Sequence record: NC_007623.1
Length of the DNA: 64,000 nucleotides
Direction: 5' to 3' (one strand)
Part shown: positions 52,715-61,701 of the stretch, piece by piece
How the letters are laid out: each line of letters begins with the position of its first letter
How positions within the stretch are numbered: the first letter of the stretch is position 1
Translations under genes and position numbers: made by a program
The notes under the pieces: model-generated
Told to the model about the DNA's origin: nothing
The model's input: the letters and a program-made list of their open reading frames with translations, nothing else
The model's database searches: none

Positions 52715-54184
52715 ATGAGTACGCCTCTTCTGTTTACCCAAGAGTTGGAATCGTCGGATACGTTGATTGTAAATCTTCCGTTTTCCCCTATTTTCGATAT
52801 GTTAAACACCGAGATCTTGATGAGTGCATCAGGGGTGGCGTATAACAACGGGGGTCTTTGTCGTAACAATGCGATCGTCGGTGGGAACAACACCCAGAAG
52901 ACCGGGATGACCGTACTGGGTATGGCACGGGTCTTGATTCGGTTTAAAGGGTCTGTTGTCTTCTTCTTTGATATTGAGGCCACCTTCTCCGTAGACCGTC
53001 TGGCGGAAATGATAGACCGAGAGATCGGTATTCACGGGTACTTCAACGAACAGATACTCGGCAAGCGCTTCTTCTACTTCTCTCGGAATGATTTGGTAAA
53101 TCCCTGTGATGGCACCTTTGTTCATGATAAGTTCAAATGGTTGAAGGGGAAGATCGCTGAACAGATTAAGGCCAAAGCCGATATCTTCATGAAGACCCCG
53201 TTTACGGACAGCAAAGGCAACCCCGTTAAAATCATTACCCCTATTCTGTGCGTGGTCGACTCTATCTCTGAAATGCCCTTCCATCGGGTATCGGAACATT
53301 TCCAAGAAGGGGATGTTGATCAAGGCGGAGAGAAGAAGACGCGCGATCTGGTGATTGGGAACCTCCGTCGTATCGTCTATGAAGACGCCGATATCTTGGG
53401 TGGGGTATCGGGTTGTTACCAGATTTGGGTTGCTCAGGTTGTTGATAAGATCAACATGACTGGGCGTCCTGAGGAGAAGGAATCTATTTTCATCCGTCCG
53501 GGTAAGAAGCTGAAAGGTCCTAAGGCCATGATGCGTATTCCGCAGATCGGTCACGAGATCCTTAAAGGTTCAGTGCTTAAAGGCGGAAGTAATGGTCAAG
53601 AGTGGTTGTACCCGAATCCCTTTGGTAAAGATGTTATTGTGACTCCTGATGCCAAAGAAATGCCTGACTTGATGATTTATAATAATCAACCCTATCGGAA
53701 TAAGGCGGGGATGTCAGGTATTAACGCGTTCTTCATTGGTTCCCAGTCCATGGGAATTCAAGAAGGTCTGACCATGTACCATGTACTGAAGACAGCTAAG
53801 TACTTCGGCCTGGAAGGGAGTGACCGCAGTCATCACTGCATTCTGTACCCTGATCTGAAGGTGGGACGTACCACTGTATGGGAAAATACCATTGAAGACC
53901 GTAAATTCCTGCGAGCACTGACCATCATTTACCACTTGTGGTTCATGCAAACCTTCTGGCTGACACTTCCCCACAAATACCGTCTGACTCCTCAGGCATT
54001 GTACGACGGTATTATTGCTCAAGGACTGGACTGGAACGATATTCTGGAGAACACAGTAGACTACTGGTACACGAATCCAGATATTGACAAGTACACTGTT
54101 ACAACGTATGAACTCATTCGCATTGCACTGGGTGAACGTAAACCTTACTGGAAAGAGAAAGGTGCACCTAAGGCTATTATTTAA
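52715..54184 (+). CDS. uvsX: UvsX/RecA-like recombinase
   Basis: Atypical P-loop GGNNTQKT, FFDIE, Walker B VVDSIS. Confidence 0.75.
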   Translation: MSTPLLFTQELESSDTLIVNLPFSPIFDMLNTEILMSASGVAYNNGGLCRNNAIVGGNNTQKTGMTVLGMARVLIRFKGSVVFFFDIEATFSVDRLAEMIDREIGIHGYFNEQILGKRFFYFSRNDLVNPCDGTFVHDKFKWLKGKIAEQIKAKADIFMKTPFTDSKGNPVKIITPILCVVDSISEMPFHRVSEHFQEGDVDQGGEKKTRDLVIGNLRRIVYEDADILGGVSGCYQIWVAQVVDKINMTGRPEEKESIFIRPGKKLKGPKAMMRIPQIGHEILKGSVLKGGSNGQEWLYPNPFGKDVIVTPDAKEMPDLMIYNNQPYRNKAGMSGINAFFIGSQSMGIQEGLTMYHVLKTAKYFGLEGSDRSHHCILYPDLKVGRTTVWENTIEDRKFLRALTIIYHLWFMQTFWLTLPHKYRLTPQALYDGIIAQGLDWNDILENTVDYWYTNPDIDKYTVTTYELIRIALGERKPYWKEKGAPKAII

Positions 54185-54242
54185 ATAAAGGGTGGGAGGG
54201 TAGCCTGAGTCCTCCCACCCCGACTTTGTAAAGGACCCCCTC

Positions 54243-54617
54243 ATGGAAACAGCACCGTGCCCTACCACCATTCTCATTATGGCGGACAGTAACTTTATTA
54301 ATCTTTGCCTGGATCCGTTCGACTACATCAGGCGGTTGAAAGAACGGGTGTCTGCCGTGCGGGAGGATAACCCGTTGTTGTATACCGTCAGTGGTCGCTA
54401 TGGTGTGAGCGCGATTGACAGTGAAATCCCGGTGATTGAAGTGAATGACCGGAATAAGACCCTCTTCAGTCAAACCTTGGAGAACTGCTCCATGTTGTTT
54501 GACGAACTCCTGGCGATCAGTACGGTCGAAAGTGATCCCTTTATTAACTCCGCCAAAGAAGTGATTACATTGGCCAACAAGACGTTTACACATTACAAAT
54601 ACCCGAGGAAAGTGTAA
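54243..54617 (+). CDS. Hypothetical protein
   Basis: 124 aa; TAATG coupling to the next gene. Confidence 0.6.
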   Translation: METAPCPTTILIMADSNFINLCLDPFDYIRRLKERVSAVREDNPLLYTVSGRYGVSAIDSEIPVIEVNDRNKTLFSQTLENCSMLFDELLAISTVESDPFINSAKEVITLANKTFTHYKYPRKV

Positions 54618-55294
54618 TGGCTGGCAACCGGAAGGCATTTGAAGAACATGTGTATAAAGCCTTTGGTCCTCTGACCAAAGGGGGTGGCAATAAGAAGATT
54701 TATGAGAAACTCTTTGCCACCATGGACGATGACGCTTTTGAAGACTTCGTCCAGTGGTTGGAAAAAGGGAATCCGTTAGCGATTTGGGCCAGTAACTTTG
54801 TTCCTGAAGAGAAACTGAATTTCGATAACCTGATGAGACTCTGTAAACAGTTCGGTATTGAAGTTGAACACCAACTGGTTATTTACGACGAAGACACCGG
54901 GATCAAGTCACTGACCGCTTATAAGGCGATTGTAGGACGTGCTGAAGTCCGTAAACAACGTCAGATGTTGTCCAAGAAGTTCAGTGCGGCTAAGAACGAC
55001 TACGAAATCGATGACCTCACCGGTCAACCCATGGGGGACAGCCGGAGTGCGGGGATCAGCGGTCCTGAGGTTACCGTACTGCGTAACCTGGGTTTGAACA
55101 TCATGGCGAATGAACTGTACAACGTTAAAGGCGGCGACCAAGAGGCCTTTAAGGCGTACAAGAACGATTTGTTGACCACCGGTAAGACCACCACCAATGG
55201 GAGCCTGCGTAAAGGCTCAGGTACCAAGGTGTTGAGCACGGTCCACCACCTCATGCGTGGTCGTCATATCGACACTAACTTTAACCAGAAGTGA
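54617..55294 (+). CDS. Multisubunit RNA polymerase beta subunit, stand-alone C-terminal fragment (phiKZ gp149-like virion RNAP piece)
   Basis: QRQMLSKK..A..DY.IDDLTGQP.G..RS.GISGPE...L..LG....ANEL..VKGGD matches the RpoB C-terminal (H..DK..AR..TQQP..G...GEME..L..EL...KSDD) pattern. Confidence 0.8.
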   Translation: MAGNRKAFEEHVYKAFGPLTKGGGNKKIYEKLFATMDDDAFEDFVQWLEKGNPLAIWASNFVPEEKLNFDNLMRLCKQFGIEVEHQLVIYDEDTGIKSLTAYKAIVGRAEVRKQRQMLSKKFSAAKNDYEIDDLTGQPMGDSRSAGISGPEVTVLRNLGLNIMANELYNVKGGDQEAFKAYKNDLLTTGKTTTNGSLRKGSGTKVLSTVHHLMRGRHIDTNFNQK

Positions 55295-55303
55295 TCTCTC
55301 CCC

Positions 55304-55717
55304 ATGGATAAACTCATTCATTTGTCGAATACCATTCAAGAAGTATGGTTGGACCTGTCAACCGGAGAAGCTCCTCCTCCCATTCTTCAGAACTTCTCGT
55401 CGCTTATCAACCGTCCTTTGATCTGTTTTAATGAAGCCTATTCAGTCTTCATGAACCAAGTGGGAAGTAGTAGTGATCTCTTCGACAGTTGGGTCAGTAT
55501 TCAAATGATGGTTATCACCCGCTTGGGCGAGCATCAGGTGGCGTTCAGTCAGTTCAGTCAAATGTTCAAGGAAGTCTTTAAGACCATTGAAGGGGGTAAT
55601 GGACTGGATATTTCCGACGAGAATGAATATAAACGCTGGAGTTTCTTGATTGCTTTAGCGTTTAGGGTGTATACCACTCATTTCATTGTACCCCCACCTA
55701 AAGGACGTAAGGCATGA
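55304..55717 (+). CDS. Hypothetical protein
   Basis: 137 aa; ATGA overlap with the next gene. Confidence 0.6.
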   Translation: MDKLIHLSNTIQEVWLDLSTGEAPPPILQNFSSLINRPLICFNEAYSVFMNQVGSSSDLFDSWVSIQMMVITRLGEHQVAFSQFSQMFKEVFKTIEGGNGLDISDENEYKRWSFLIALAFRVYTTHFIVPPPKGRKA

Positions 55718-56496
55718 ATCGGGTATTAACCGCCTACGCGGATGTGGACAGTCTCTTCGATTATCGGAGGGGATTGATTCAGAAGTGGTTAACACGAGAC
55801 ATGGCTGTTAGTGATGAAAACAGCTTGAGTGATGAAGCCTTTGCAGCGTATCAAGAGAAACGCCGGCTTCAAGGGGACACCCTGTGGGAACTTCATATTG
55901 AGAAGAACTACAGGGAGAGAAGGATGGATACGTTTAACTATCCGTTCTTTGGGTTCACCCGACAGATATTCAGGGAACTCTATCAGAAACGGAGTTTACG
56001 GGATTGGGGGTACGGGTATTACCCCACAGGGTTCCTGTCTAATTTCGTCAAGGTGATTATCGAGCATGAACAACTGACCGATAAACCTATCGAGATCAAA
56101 GGGGTGACCCTCACGATCAACTGTTTCCCTTATGTCATGGATACAGCCCTTAAGGAGGAGTTGATCGAGCACGTTAAGACTCGGTTAGGCTACCGGGTAG
56201 AGGTGAAGACCGTTGATGACGACATTATCAATGCGACACCCTCCTACTATCGACAGTTCGATTATGTCTTCAAATACGACTTCCTGTTGAATGAAGACTA
56301 TAAGTCCTTCTTTGAGAACGTCGGTAAACCGCCTATTCCTGATACGGCGTTTTTGGTTCCAGATCTCCTGGTTCAAGAAACCGAGTATTTGGAAGGGAGT
56401 ATTTACGACCGTATCTTCGCCCAATCCATTGCGCTGGCTCCTGTATTGAAATTGATTCCGATCAACAAAGGTTTCTATGATTACTTGACGGAATAA
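55714..56496 (+). CDS. Conserved hypothetical protein with HAD-like N-terminal DxD
   Basis: AYADVDSLFD at the N-terminus. Confidence 0.55.
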   Translation: MNRVLTAYADVDSLFDYRRGLIQKWLTRDMAVSDENSLSDEAFAAYQEKRRLQGDTLWELHIEKNYRERRMDTFNYPFFGFTRQIFRELYQKRSLRDWGYGYYPTGFLSNFVKVIIEHEQLTDKPIEIKGVTLTINCFPYVMDTALKEELIEHVKTRLGYRVEVKTVDDDIINATPSYYRQFDYVFKYDFLLNEDYKSFFENVGKPPIPDTAFLVPDLLVQETEYLEGSIYDRIFAQSIALAPVLKLIPINKGFYDYLTE

Positions 56497-56505
56497 CCCC
56501 TTTAT

Positions 56506-56535
56506 TAACTGGGTGGGGATCTCCCCACCCAGTTA
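56506..56535. terminator. Bidirectional hairpin between convergent genes
   Basis: TAACTGGGTGGGGA-tc-TCCCCACCCAGTTA. Confidence 0.7.
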
Positions 56536-56546
56536 TGTTCGCTTGG

Positions 56547-57059
56547 TTAAATTTCCTCACCATCGATATCCACCAGCTGATTCCCCTGCACCAGCTCTTC
56601 TTCCGTAATGGGACTCAAGGTAGGATCCAGAGGCAGGGGTTTAGAGGGATCCAGTACGAACTGCGAGAACTCAAAGGTGGGGAGTTTAATCCCTCCACTT
56701 TGAATACGCTCCATAGCCTCCAGCATTTGGTTAAAGGCCAGTCGGTTGCCTTCATTCTCTTTCTTCTTAGCCCGCTCTTTACGGTCATCCCGTACGGTCT
56801 TCTCAATCTGCGCAATAATCTGGGTGACCCCTTCCAGCAGATGCGCGTTCTTCGGATTATCCAAATACGCAGACATAGCGTATTCCAGAATGAAAGCCCG
56901 GTTACGTTGTACTACCTTAACCAGTTCTTCCTGTTCGATATCCTCCAGATTACCAGTCATTGCCTTACGGAGTTCTTCCAGAACCGTTTGCATTTTATCC
57001 GTATCCAAAGGACTGGCTTTCTTCTTTTCCTTTTCGGGTGTGTCGTCAGGCGTTTCCAT
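56547..57059 (-). CDS. Conserved hypothetical helical protein
   Basis: 170 aa coiled-coil-like ORF. Confidence 0.65.
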   Translation of the reverse strand: METPDDTPEKEKKKASPLDTDKMQTVLEELRKAMTGNLEDIEQEELVKVVQRNRAFILEYAMSAYLDNPKNAHLLEGVTQIIAQIEKTVRDDRKERAKKKENEGNRLAFNQMLEAMERIQSGGIKLPTFEFSQFVLDPSKPLPLDPTLSPITEEELVQGNQLVDIDGEEI

Positions 57060-57067
57060 GATTTTTC

Positions 57068-57087
57068 AGACCTACATTATTCGTTTG
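57068..57087 (+). promoter_or_regulatory. Putative early promoter
   Basis: AGACCTACATTAT-tcgtt-TG. Confidence 0.65.
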
Positions 57088-57108
57088 AGTGGTTAGGAGT
57101 ATGTGTAA

Positions 57109-57687
57109 ATGGCACTAACTAAACGGGCTCTATTCAGGTGGTTAAGCTGGATACCTGGTATAGGTAACCTGTTTAACCGAAAACTGGATTCCCTCACGAT
57201 CGAGCGGCTGACTGAGATTAATCAACGGTTCTCTAAGGCTTCAGTACGGTTCGCAGCTCAGATCCAGGATCTATACGATTGCTTAAAGCCCCTAAATACG
57301 TCCTTTGACATCGATCCGAGGGTCTACCTACCCTTACCTATTGAACTGTCAACAAAGTCCTCTAAGGACGCTCACAGGCTGGTAGAGAGGGTACTGTCAG
57401 GTTACTCGTGGAACCCTGACGAACACTTCGTGAGTAACATGATCGAACACTACCCCAGTTTCCTAGACTGGTACAGTAACGGTTACAGTCTCGACGGGTA
57501 TTACCAGGGAATGGTGAAACTCATGGAACTGTATTGTGCCTTATTCCCCGTTATACCGAATGAGGACGATCCTGTTGAATGTCATCCTGTCGTAGAGAAC
57601 TTCTTAACCAGCCGGTGGTTTAGGCTGATGGTTATTGACCTGATCAAAATACTGACTCTGGTACTTATCCAACGTCGGGGAGGTTAA
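57109..57687 (+). CDS. Hypothetical protein
   Basis: AGGAG RBS; 192 aa. Confidence 0.65.
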   Translation: MALTKRALFRWLSWIPGIGNLFNRKLDSLTIERLTEINQRFSKASVRFAAQIQDLYDCLKPLNTSFDIDPRVYLPLPIELSTKSSKDAHRLVERVLSGYSWNPDEHFVSNMIEHYPSFLDWYSNGYSLDGYYQGMVKLMELYCALFPVIPNEDDPVECHPVVENFLTSRWFRLMVIDLIKILTLVLIQRRGG

Positions 57688-58122
57688 ATGGAAGAAAACA
57701 GAAAGAGACCCAAAGCCAGCCGGTTGGAGAGTATCTCCCACAAGTTTGTACGGGATGAAGAACTCAGAGATCCCCCCGCCCGGTTATTCCGGGCAATTCT
57801 GAACAAAGTGGTTCCTACCCCTCACAAGTGGAAGAACTACTTACGGGATTATCTGGAGTATGTGGTGACCACCCGAGATCCCCAACGGGCTAAGACCGAA
57901 CGCATTACCCGGCAAGGTAACATTAAGGCAACCTATTTCCAAAGCTATACGTTAACCTTCCAGAAACTCTTGGAAGGGTTGTCTATCCTACGGATGAAAT
58001 CTTGCAGAATCATCATCGAGGTTGTTGATGAACACGGTGAAATACTCACAGTGGAAGAAACTATTCGCATCGTAGAGAAGAAGCGTTTGGAGAAACCCAT
58101 TGTGGATGAACCGGAAGAGTGA
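57688..58122 (+). CDS. Conserved hypothetical basic protein
   Basis: GGAGG RBS; abuts the previous gene. Confidence 0.65.
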   Translation: MEENRKRPKASRLESISHKFVRDEELRDPPARLFRAILNKVVPTPHKWKNYLRDYLEYVVTTRDPQRAKTERITRQGNIKATYFQSYTLTFQKLLEGLSILRMKSCRIIIEVVDEHGEILTVEETIRIVEKKRLEKPIVDEPEE

Positions 58123-58127
58123 ATGCA

Positions 58128-58181
58128 GGAGTAGGTGCGCTAACGCACCTACTCCCCTTCCCCCTTTATTCTTTATTTTTT
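58128..58181 (+). terminator. Intrinsic terminator
   Basis: GGAGTAGGTGCG-ctaa-CGCACCTACTCC followed by a pyrimidine/T tract. Confidence 0.65.
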
Positions 58182-58192
58182 GGAGTGCCGCT

Positions 58193-59302
58193 ATGGGTAT
58201 CCTTGACGGGTTCAATCTGTCTTCGGGTATTAATGCCTTTAAGAAAGAAACCGAAACCGCAATGCGGGGGGTTAAAAGTGAAACCCTAACCCCTATTGAT
58301 GTCACCGCCAGTCGCCTTAAAGAAGGGGTGGCTCTTACTAACCCGAATGACACCACACTCAAGTCAACCATCACCGCGTACCGGAGTTCGGTTGTAGAAG
58401 CCCTAGACGGTGTTATTGGAGCCCTGTCAGGCGGTTTACTCAATACGAAGGACATTACCCGAGCCATTCGTATTGATAGCAATGGGGTCAGTTTCAGTGA
58501 TGATGACTTGATTACCGCGGCAGGGAGTCAAATGGGCGTTAACGTCTGGGGTAAGAACGGCGTTAAGCAACTCATCGCAGACACTCTCACCGCAGAATTC
58601 AATCGGCTCACTGGATTGAATGTGGGTCAAATTATCCAGGTCGGTTATGGTGACAAAGGTTCACCCTTCCGTATCAATGACAGTTGGAGAACTCAGCTCG
58701 GTAGTGCCACCCTCGATATGCTCAGGGATTATACCGGTATTGATGAGTTTGTAGACGTCAGTGTTCAATCGGCGTTTTACAACGCCATCCTGTACAACTC
58801 AGCGATGTACGGGATGAGTGACAGTTATAAAACCCAATGGGATAACTACCCGTATCTCTCTCTGAGACAAGATGCCTTTATTGAAGCCATTCAGTACATG
58901 ATTACGAATGGGGATGTTGAGAGTATCAGTAAGGTCTTTGAACTCATTAATACCGAAGGGAAGAATACCTTACTGAGTAAATACCCGGATTTCATTGAAA
59001 CCCTCTTTACGAAGTTCTCTTTCGACAGTCAAGTCCACAGTGAAGAGCACCCCGCCATTCGTACGAAACTCTTAAACGTTTTAGAAACGGTAGCGGGTAA
59101 AGAGTGGTATTACCGGGAGACCCAATTCGGTAAAGCGTACAACCTGGGGTTGGTATCGAACATCAGTGACGACATGGTAACCCTGTTAACGCCTGTTGAA
59201 GAGTTGATTCCCCTCTTAACCACTCGGGGGATCTTTCAGACTGAACGGGCAACGGATGTATTGAATCAATCCTTCCCGAATGCCCCTATTCGCATTAAAT
59301 AA
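58193..59302 (+). CDS. Probable virion structural protein
   Basis: GGAG RBS before ATG 58193; 369 aa; lies in a structural neighbourhood. Confidence 0.55.
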   Translation: MGILDGFNLSSGINAFKKETETAMRGVKSETLTPIDVTASRLKEGVALTNPNDTTLKSTITAYRSSVVEALDGVIGALSGGLLNTKDITRAIRIDSNGVSFSDDDLITAAGSQMGVNVWGKNGVKQLIADTLTAEFNRLTGLNVGQIIQVGYGDKGSPFRINDSWRTQLGSATLDMLRDYTGIDEFVDVSVQSAFYNAILYNSAMYGMSDSYKTQWDNYPYLSLRQDAFIEAIQYMITNGDVESISKVFELINTEGKNTLLSKYPDFIETLFTKFSFDSQVHSEEHPAIRTKLLNVLETVAGKEWYYRETQFGKAYNLGLVSNISDDMVTLLTPVEELIPLLTTRGIFQTERATDVLNQSFPNAPIRIK

Positions 59303-59313
59303 CCCTAACGAAG

Positions 59314-59345
59314 ACTCCCCTACCCCAATTAAGGGGTAGGGGAGT
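59314..59345. terminator. Bidirectional hairpin between convergent genes
   Basis: ACTCCCCTACCCC-aattaa-GGGGTAGGGGAGT. Confidence 0.7.
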
Positions 59346-59440
59346 TATTACTGAATAAGTTCTTTTTGTATTGATTAATAGAGGGTGTGATTTCCGCTTA
59401 GTAGACTCGGGGGCGTGAAACCCCCGAGTTTACTGGCTTT

Positions 59441-61633
59441 CTATCTTGCAAGAGGGCGTGTTGCCAAGCGAAGCAGATCTGCCGCTATCGAGTCATTTAT
59501 CTTAGCCGCGATGTTGTCAGAACGAATACTGGTCTTAATATCCGTGACCACACCCGTCAGTTGACGGTTCAAACGCGACCACCGCAGAATGGTATCCAGG
59601 TAGTCCATCCCTGTGATACGACTGGCAAAGTTGTTGAACGCACTGTCATCCGACAGAATACGACTGACCACCGCATTCGGATTAGTAAGATCCAGGATAC
59701 TAATGGACCGATCAATGGGAAGGGTGACCAGGGGTTCCAGATCGGTAATCTGTAAACTGGCCGTCATATTCAACGGTTTACGATCACGAGTCCACCCCGC
59801 ATCTCCTTCCCCCAGGGTCAGATCCAATTGAGTCACCAGACCGGTACGGATGATTCCACGAGACTTACAGAAAGCTTTCACGTAGAAGGGGGAGGTATGG
59901 GTTCCACCGCCTGAGGTATTACCGGCCACTAAGGGCAGTAGGAGGGAAATCAATACCCAGATCTTAACAATCTGCTCATACGGGTGTGCGTAGTTACACA
60001 CTGACTTAATGGTGTAGGTCTCCGTATGGAGATTGCAGGTGGATTCAGTCCAGTGGTCAGGGATCTTGACGTAACTGTTATTGGCAACAGCCAGGGGGAT
60101 ATTTCCAATAACAGACCCTGAAAGGGCTCCCATAGCCGCGTCTTTAACAATGTTAATCAGTCCATCGACAATGGCTAAGCCAGTTTGACCTTTAGCCACA
60201 TCGAAGGTGAAGTCATTGGTAGTGCGAACAATGGAATTGAACTTTTCCGCCATAGGCGATTGCCCAGTGCTATTAGAGAAGGAATCCCGAGTAGCTCCCC
60301 CGTTCCCCTCTACGCGGAAGGTGATCCCATCCATACCACCGGCTACAGCGGTTTTAACGAGGTCGTAAATATCTCCCATCCAGGTACGATCGTTAGGGTT
60401 GTCTTCGTAGTAGAACTGATCCCCATTGTTAATAGCGGGATTAGCGGTTACTGAGGGGGTAGCGGGAGAGGGGCGTTGAGGCCGTTCGTTGGGGTTTACA
60501 GGAGGAGCTGAAGTACCATAAGACTCACCCGTTCCCATAGGCTGCATGGTGGAGGTGGGTTGTCCGTCAGGTCCGGTTGGGGGTTGTTCCAGTTCAAGGT
60601 TGGCAATTCCATATTGCTTATTACGTGCAGGGTCGATGTCTTGATAAGCGCCTCGGTTGAGGTAGGCACTGTCTTCTTCAACGTAGTTGGGTTCGTTATC
60701 ACCCCGGTATTTACCGACTGTGCTCATTTCCTTTTCAATATACTCTTGAGAAGGTCTGCCAGCGGTTACTGAACGATCGAAGGTGACTTCTTGAAGGATT
60801 TGTTTGGCTCGTTCCAATTTCTGTTGGGGGGAGTTAATTGAAGTGTCGTTGTCCATAGAGGCCAGACGCTCCAACATTACCCGGTGTTTACGCACCCCTT
60901 TATTGACCAACCGCATGAGGTCAATAGTCCCATCCTGGTTGACGCAATCAGGAAAGAGGGTAGACAAACTGGAAACGACTTTACTGTTGTCGTAATCGGG
61001 TTTAAGACCGTACAGGGGATCGGTCTGTTGCTGGTTCATCTTAGGTAGGATGGGATCGATGTACCCCAGTTTCACCATGAAGTCATTCAGTACACCGGTA
61101 GCCACCATGGTGTACGCCCCAACCGCAGGCTTAACAGTCCAGAACTGATGCTTGGGGGAATCTGCTAAGAATGCCAGGAATTGGGTGCTGATACTCAACA
61201 GCTGCATAGGCCAAAAGGCAATAGAACCGATGGCTTGTCCCATGTAGAACGACAGACTGGGCGCCCGCCCTTTGTTCGCAATGATAGCCGCTGCGGGAGA
61301 GAACATGTTTGTAATGAATGACAACAGACCAGCGAACTGAGCCACGCCTGGGGTAATGGTTAAGAGGGTGGCGTTGTTGTCGTAGATCTCTTTATACATG
61401 GAGCCGAATCCCCCTTCTGGGGTGACCATTAACCGTCCGTAACGAGGATCGGTCGCAGGGCTCCATTGAGGCACAGGGTTCACAAAGCGGTTATCCCCTG
61501 TTGCACTACTGAAAACGTTGAAATATTTGTCCCAATCGAGGATGTCTAATACTTCACTCGGTGGGATACCGCGGGTTAACAGACGGAACGATTTCGTGAT
61601 AATGTCCCGGTCGCGTGTCGTCACCTGAGCCAT
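59441..61633 (-). CDS. Virion baseplate/tail structural protein
   Basis: TAGGA RBS before ATG 61633; TSPFYV..., GI.R.GLVT.LDL..G, tube/hub-like C-terminal pattern; follows the giant tail gene. Confidence 0.6.
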   Translation of the reverse strand: MAQVTTRDRDIITKSFRLLTRGIPPSEVLDILDWDKYFNVFSSATGDNRFVNPVPQWSPATDPRYGRLMVTPEGGFGSMYKEIYDNNATLLTITPGVAQFAGLLSFITNMFSPAAAIIANKGRAPSLSFYMGQAIGSIAFWPMQLLSISTQFLAFLADSPKHQFWTVKPAVGAYTMVATGVLNDFMVKLGYIDPILPKMNQQQTDPLYGLKPDYDNSKVVSSLSTLFPDCVNQDGTIDLMRLVNKGVRKHRVMLERLASMDNDTSINSPQQKLERAKQILQEVTFDRSVTAGRPSQEYIEKEMSTVGKYRGDNEPNYVEEDSAYLNRGAYQDIDPARNKQYGIANLELEQPPTGPDGQPTSTMQPMGTGESYGTSAPPVNPNERPQRPSPATPSVTANPAINNGDQFYYEDNPNDRTWMGDIYDLVKTAVAGGMDGITFRVEGNGGATRDSFSNSTGQSPMAEKFNSIVRTTNDFTFDVAKGQTGLAIVDGLINIVKDAAMGALSGSVIGNIPLAVANNSYVKIPDHWTESTCNLHTETYTIKSVCNYAHPYEQIVKIWVLISLLLPLVAGNTSGGGTHTSPFYVKAFCKSRGIIRTGLVTQLDLTLGEGDAGWTRDRKPLNMTASLQITDLEPLVTLPIDRSISILDLTNPNAVVSRILSDDSAFNNFASRITGMDYLDTILRWSRLNRQLTGVVTDIKTSIRSDNIAAKINDSIAADLLRLATRPLAR

Positions 61634-61701
61634 CGTGAATAAATTCCTAAGGTTAACTAAAAGAGGCGGGGAGTACATCAGTACTCCCCTATTAAGATGG
61701 A

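Noticed and set aside
59404-59432. Hairpin ACTCGGGGG-cgtgaaa-CCCCGAGT as a possible tRNA or ncRNA
   Set aside because: Single stem only, with no D/T-loop consensus; best read as a minus-strand terminator
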